Positions 36,777 to 39,106 of a stretch of 39,106 nucleotides of DNA are shown in pieces. The position numbers and the translations under genes are program-made. The stretch lies in NCBI GenBank assembly GCA_027031265.1, contig JALVRO010000141.1, forward strand, positions 1 to 39,106. The letters run 5' to 3'. Origin of the DNA: Bacteroidales bacterium. GTDB taxonomy: Bacteria; Bacteroidota; Bacteroidia; Bacteroidales; S143-33. The notes below the pieces were generated by a model. That model was not told the origin of the DNA. It saw only the letters and a list, made by a program, of their open reading frames with translations, and searched no databases. Positions within the stretch are counted from its first letter, which is position 1. Each line of letters starts with the position of its first letter.

Positions 36777-37592
36777 ATGGAAATCAAAGATCACATTCTT
36801 TACGGTAAGAATGTCAAAAAAATGATTCCTTCCCCAAATCATGGAGGCGAGTTTAAAGAAGGAGACCTTGACACAATCGTTATTCATTATACTGGAGGGC
36901 CTTATAAGCAGTCTATTAATACCCTGACAAATCCCCGTGTGCGTGCTTCGGCCCATGTCGTTGTCGACCGTGATGGTAGTGTTACTCAGCTGGTACCATT
37001 CAATCTAATAGCTTGGCACGCTGGTAAGAGTTATTACCGTGGACGTACTGGGTTTAATAATTTTTCTATAGGCATTGAGATTGTCAATTCCGGGCCATTA
37101 ACAAAGAGTGGTAATGTCTTCCGTTCATGGTATGGTGAGGCTTTTAGTCCTACAGAAGTAATTGAGGCTGTTCATCGTAATGAGACGCGCCCTCGTTATT
37201 GGCATATATATACTCCAGAACAGATTGAGACAGTTACAGAGCTATCCCAGCTACTTATTGAAACTTATGGACTTAAGTATATATTGGGGCATGAGGAGAT
37301 TGCTCCGGGACGTAAGCTAGATCCAGGACCAGCATTTCCTTTAGACAAACTCCGTGACCGTCTGCTTGGCACACATCGTGATGAAACTGGAGCGCCAGAA
37401 CCACCACAGGCAGGTCGTATAATTGCCAAGAGCCTTAACATTCGTCTTAAGCCTAGTACCACAGCTCCTCTGGTAGCACGTCCTCTGACAAAGGGAACGA
37501 AGGTTATTATCAAGGATGAGCATAACGGCTGGTACAAAGTAGCGGTCACTGTCGAAGGTTGGGTCTTTGGTAAATATGTTGAACCAGAATAA
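36777..37592 (+). CDS. N-acetylmuramoyl-L-alanine amidase (Amidase_2/AmpD-like) with C-terminal SH3b-like domain, no signal peptide
   Basis: IVIHYT, SAHVVV, AWHAGKS, SIGIEIVN, GHEEIAPGRKLDPGP; C-terminal LNIRLKPST...KGTKVIIKDEHNGWYKV...EGWVFGKYV. ATG 36777 is preferred to the low-complexity GTG extension from 36717. Confidence 0.92.
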   Translation: MEIKDHILYGKNVKKMIPSPNHGGEFKEGDLDTIVIHYTGGPYKQSINTLTNPRVRASAHVVVDRDGSVTQLVPFNLIAWHAGKSYYRGRTGFNNFSIGIEIVNSGPLTKSGNVFRSWYGEAFSPTEVIEAVHRNETRPRYWHIYTPEQIETVTELSQLLIETYGLKYILGHEEIAPGRKLDPGPAFPLDKLRDRLLGTHRDETGAPEPPQAGRIIAKSLNIRLKPSTTAPLVARPLTKGTKVIIKDEHNGWYKVAVTVEGWVFGKYVEPE

Positions 37593-37606
37593 AAAAGTAC
37601 CTGGCC

Positions 37607-38038
37607 ATGAAAAAAATATATTTCATATTGGGCCTACTGGCTTTGCTGCTAATAGTTGGTTATTTATATAATAAAGGTGTGATAAAGACAGACTGGCAAT
37701 GGCTAACCATAATTCTAGCTGCACTGGCTGGTCCTTATAAACTTATTGAAGATTCTCTTAAAGAAAAAGGTAAACGACATGGCAGGGGCAAAGGTAAGGC
37801 CCAGCAGATCTTGATGCGACAGCTGCAGATAGAAAAAGAAGAAGCAGTGCTGCGCCAGCAGTATGAAGCATTGCTCAAACAGAAAGAGTTAGAGATAGAG
37901 GAGCTCAGAGCTAAACTGCAAAAACTACAGGATCAGCTCGAGCAATTGCAACTAGAACGTAAGCAGATAGAATCCGAGGTACAGTCAATGACTCTGGAAG
38001 AAAAATCCCAGGAGTTTTCTGATTATTTTGGCACATAA
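37607..38038 (+). CDS. Hypothetical membrane protein: N-terminal hydrophobic hairpin plus long coiled coil (i-spanin-like topology)
   Basis: TM at about residues 4-21, second hydrophobic stretch WQWLTIILAALAGPY, basic linker, then about 60 aa of Q/E/L/K heptads. Confidence 0.8.
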   Translation: MKKIYFILGLLALLLIVGYLYNKGVIKTDWQWLTIILAALAGPYKLIEDSLKEKGKRHGRGKGKAQQILMRQLQIEKEEAVLRQQYEALLKQKELEIEELRAKLQKLQDQLEQLQLERKQIESEVQSMTLEEKSQEFSDYFGT

Positions 38039-38049
38039 AGAATCTATTT

Positions 38050-38484
38050 ATGAAACGAGCAGTTTTTATAGTATTTGTGCTAATTTTGTCTGCTGCCTTA
38101 TGGGCACAGCATTATCCAATATCTGTGGTACCAGGTCAGAAATATACAATTGCACCCAAAGAAGACACACTGTGGGTAATAACAGATAACCAACTGGAGA
38201 GGGCCTTGATAGCTGCTAAACAGCTAGAGAATGCAGATAAACAAATTGTTAATTATCAGAAGCAAATAGAAAATCTCAATGAGCAGTTGCAGCAGACAGA
38301 TACTTTGCTCCTTGAGACCCAGAAGAATATGGAATATTATCGTCGGCAGTGGAAAGATTGTAGTGATAACATAAAGGTTCTGGTCAAAGAGAATGACCGG
38401 GTGAATGCAAAATTTAAAATGGCAAAGATAATCGGAGTAATTTCTACTGTTGCTGCATTTGCACTTGGTGCATATCTTTTTTAG
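38050..38484 (+). CDS. Hypothetical protein: signal peptide, coiled coil and C-terminal TM anchor
   Basis: MKRAVFIVFVLILSAALWA|Q; heptad region; C-terminal IIGVISTVAAFALGAYLF. Confidence 0.82.
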   Translation: MKRAVFIVFVLILSAALWAQHYPISVVPGQKYTIAPKEDTLWVITDNQLERALIAAKQLENADKQIVNYQKQIENLNEQLQQTDTLLLETQKNMEYYRRQWKDCSDNIKVLVKENDRVNAKFKMAKIIGVISTVAAFALGAYLF

Positions 38485-38529
38485 TCACATTTGAATAAAA
38501 AACAAACGAAACTAAAAATATAACATAAT

Positions 38530-39030
38530 ATGACAACATTACTTCAAATCTTCCCTGATACAGTGCAGTATTATGTAGGACATCCCAAAGAGTTCTTCTG
38601 GTTGGTTTATTTCCCAATCATGGCTTGGATGATTTTGGTACTCGTATTTTTGATTGCACTGTTCATCCGTTACACTTTTGGTAATTGGAGTGTGGAGAAT
38701 CCTAATCCTTATGAAAAAGAAACATTCGGTATGCCACGTGGTACTTTCCGTGGTATATTGACCCTCACATTGTTGTGGGTTGTGGTTGTCCTGGAGCTTG
38801 TTAATGTGCGAGTGGAAGGCTTCGAAGCTCAAATGCATGAACTCATGGTAGCTTTCCAGATGATGATAGGATTTTATTTCGGTGCGAAAGTTATGCATCA
38901 TATCACTGCAGTTGAGAAGACAAAGGCTTTGTATGAATATGGTCCTAGCTATCCAGGAACAGAAAGCTCTGGGTTAACTCCTGCTTCACCTGAGGCCGAG
39001 CAGGAAGAAGAACAGGGAGCCGTTGGTTAA
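38530..39030 (+). CDS. Hypothetical 3-TM membrane protein, holin-like
   Basis: Three hydrophobic segments, GMPRGTFRGIL and MIGFYFGAK motifs, charged/acidic C-tail. The ORF is secure; the holin function is inference. Confidence 0.75.
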   Translation: MTTLLQIFPDTVQYYVGHPKEFFWLVYFPIMAWMILVLVFLIALFIRYTFGNWSVENPNPYEKETFGMPRGTFRGILTLTLLWVVVVLELVNVRVEGFEAQMHELMVAFQMMIGFYFGAKVMHHITAVEKTKALYEYGPSYPGTESSGLTPASPEAEQEEEQGAVG

Positions 39031-39056
39031 ACTTGTGTTTTTTAGTTTGACTAAGG

Positions 39057-39093
39057 GAAGGGAGCACCACAGTGGTGCTCCCTTTCGTGTTTT
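39057..39093 (+). terminator. Terminator hairpin closing the amidase cassette
   Basis: AAGGGAGCACCAC-a-GTGGTGCTCCCTT perfect inverted repeat followed by TCGTGTTTTG. Confidence 0.82.
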
Positions 39094-39106
39094 GTAGGTT
39101 GTACGA

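Noticed and set aside
4008-38901. Numerous antisense or alternate-frame ORFs (e.g. 4692..5237, 10858..11241, 14281..14733, 20167..20676, 33033..33824, 35900..36460, 38539..38901)
   Set aside because: They are shadows of well-supported genes and have no recognisable motifs or independent expression signals.

Overview
Mostly core chromosome of a Bacteroidota (Bacteroidales-like) bacterium. The assignment rests on TAnnTTTG/TTTG promoters, a T9SS C-terminal domain, signal peptides cleaved before Gln, and the parA-parB-DUF5683-mltD and ileS-dksA-lspA gene orders. In order, the window holds the 3' end of an rRNA operon (23S end, 5S, terminator), an orphan ECF sigma factor, nadE, an M23 peptidase, a DASS/SLC13 transporter, a DUF438-like/PAS protein, a T9SS-secreted FG-GAP protein, rpsA, an unknown 669-aa exported protein, aroE and a Cache-HAMP-GAF-PAS-PAS sensor with no output domain. 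It continues with parA-parB-DUF5683-mltD-LRR-lipoprotein-yicC-anmK, a small AT-rich lipoprotein islet with a pseudogene, and ileS-dksA-lspA-rmlC-rmlD-lptD-ridA-lipoprotein. It ends with a terminator-bounded four-gene unit: a signal-less amidase-SH3, two membrane-anchored coiled-coil proteins and a holin-like membrane protein. That unit resembles a phage lysis cassette (endolysin/spanins/holin) with no phage genes in view and is the best candidate for an undescribed system, such as domesticated lysis or holin-dependent secretion. Other notable signals are a SHOCT-like insertion and a GIHH motif in IleRS, an ECF-type promoter upstream of the sigma gene, and a candidate multi-stem RNA at about 6741-6819. 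No tRNA, CRISPR, integrase or transposase was seen. All family calls come from reading motifs by eye; no searches were run.
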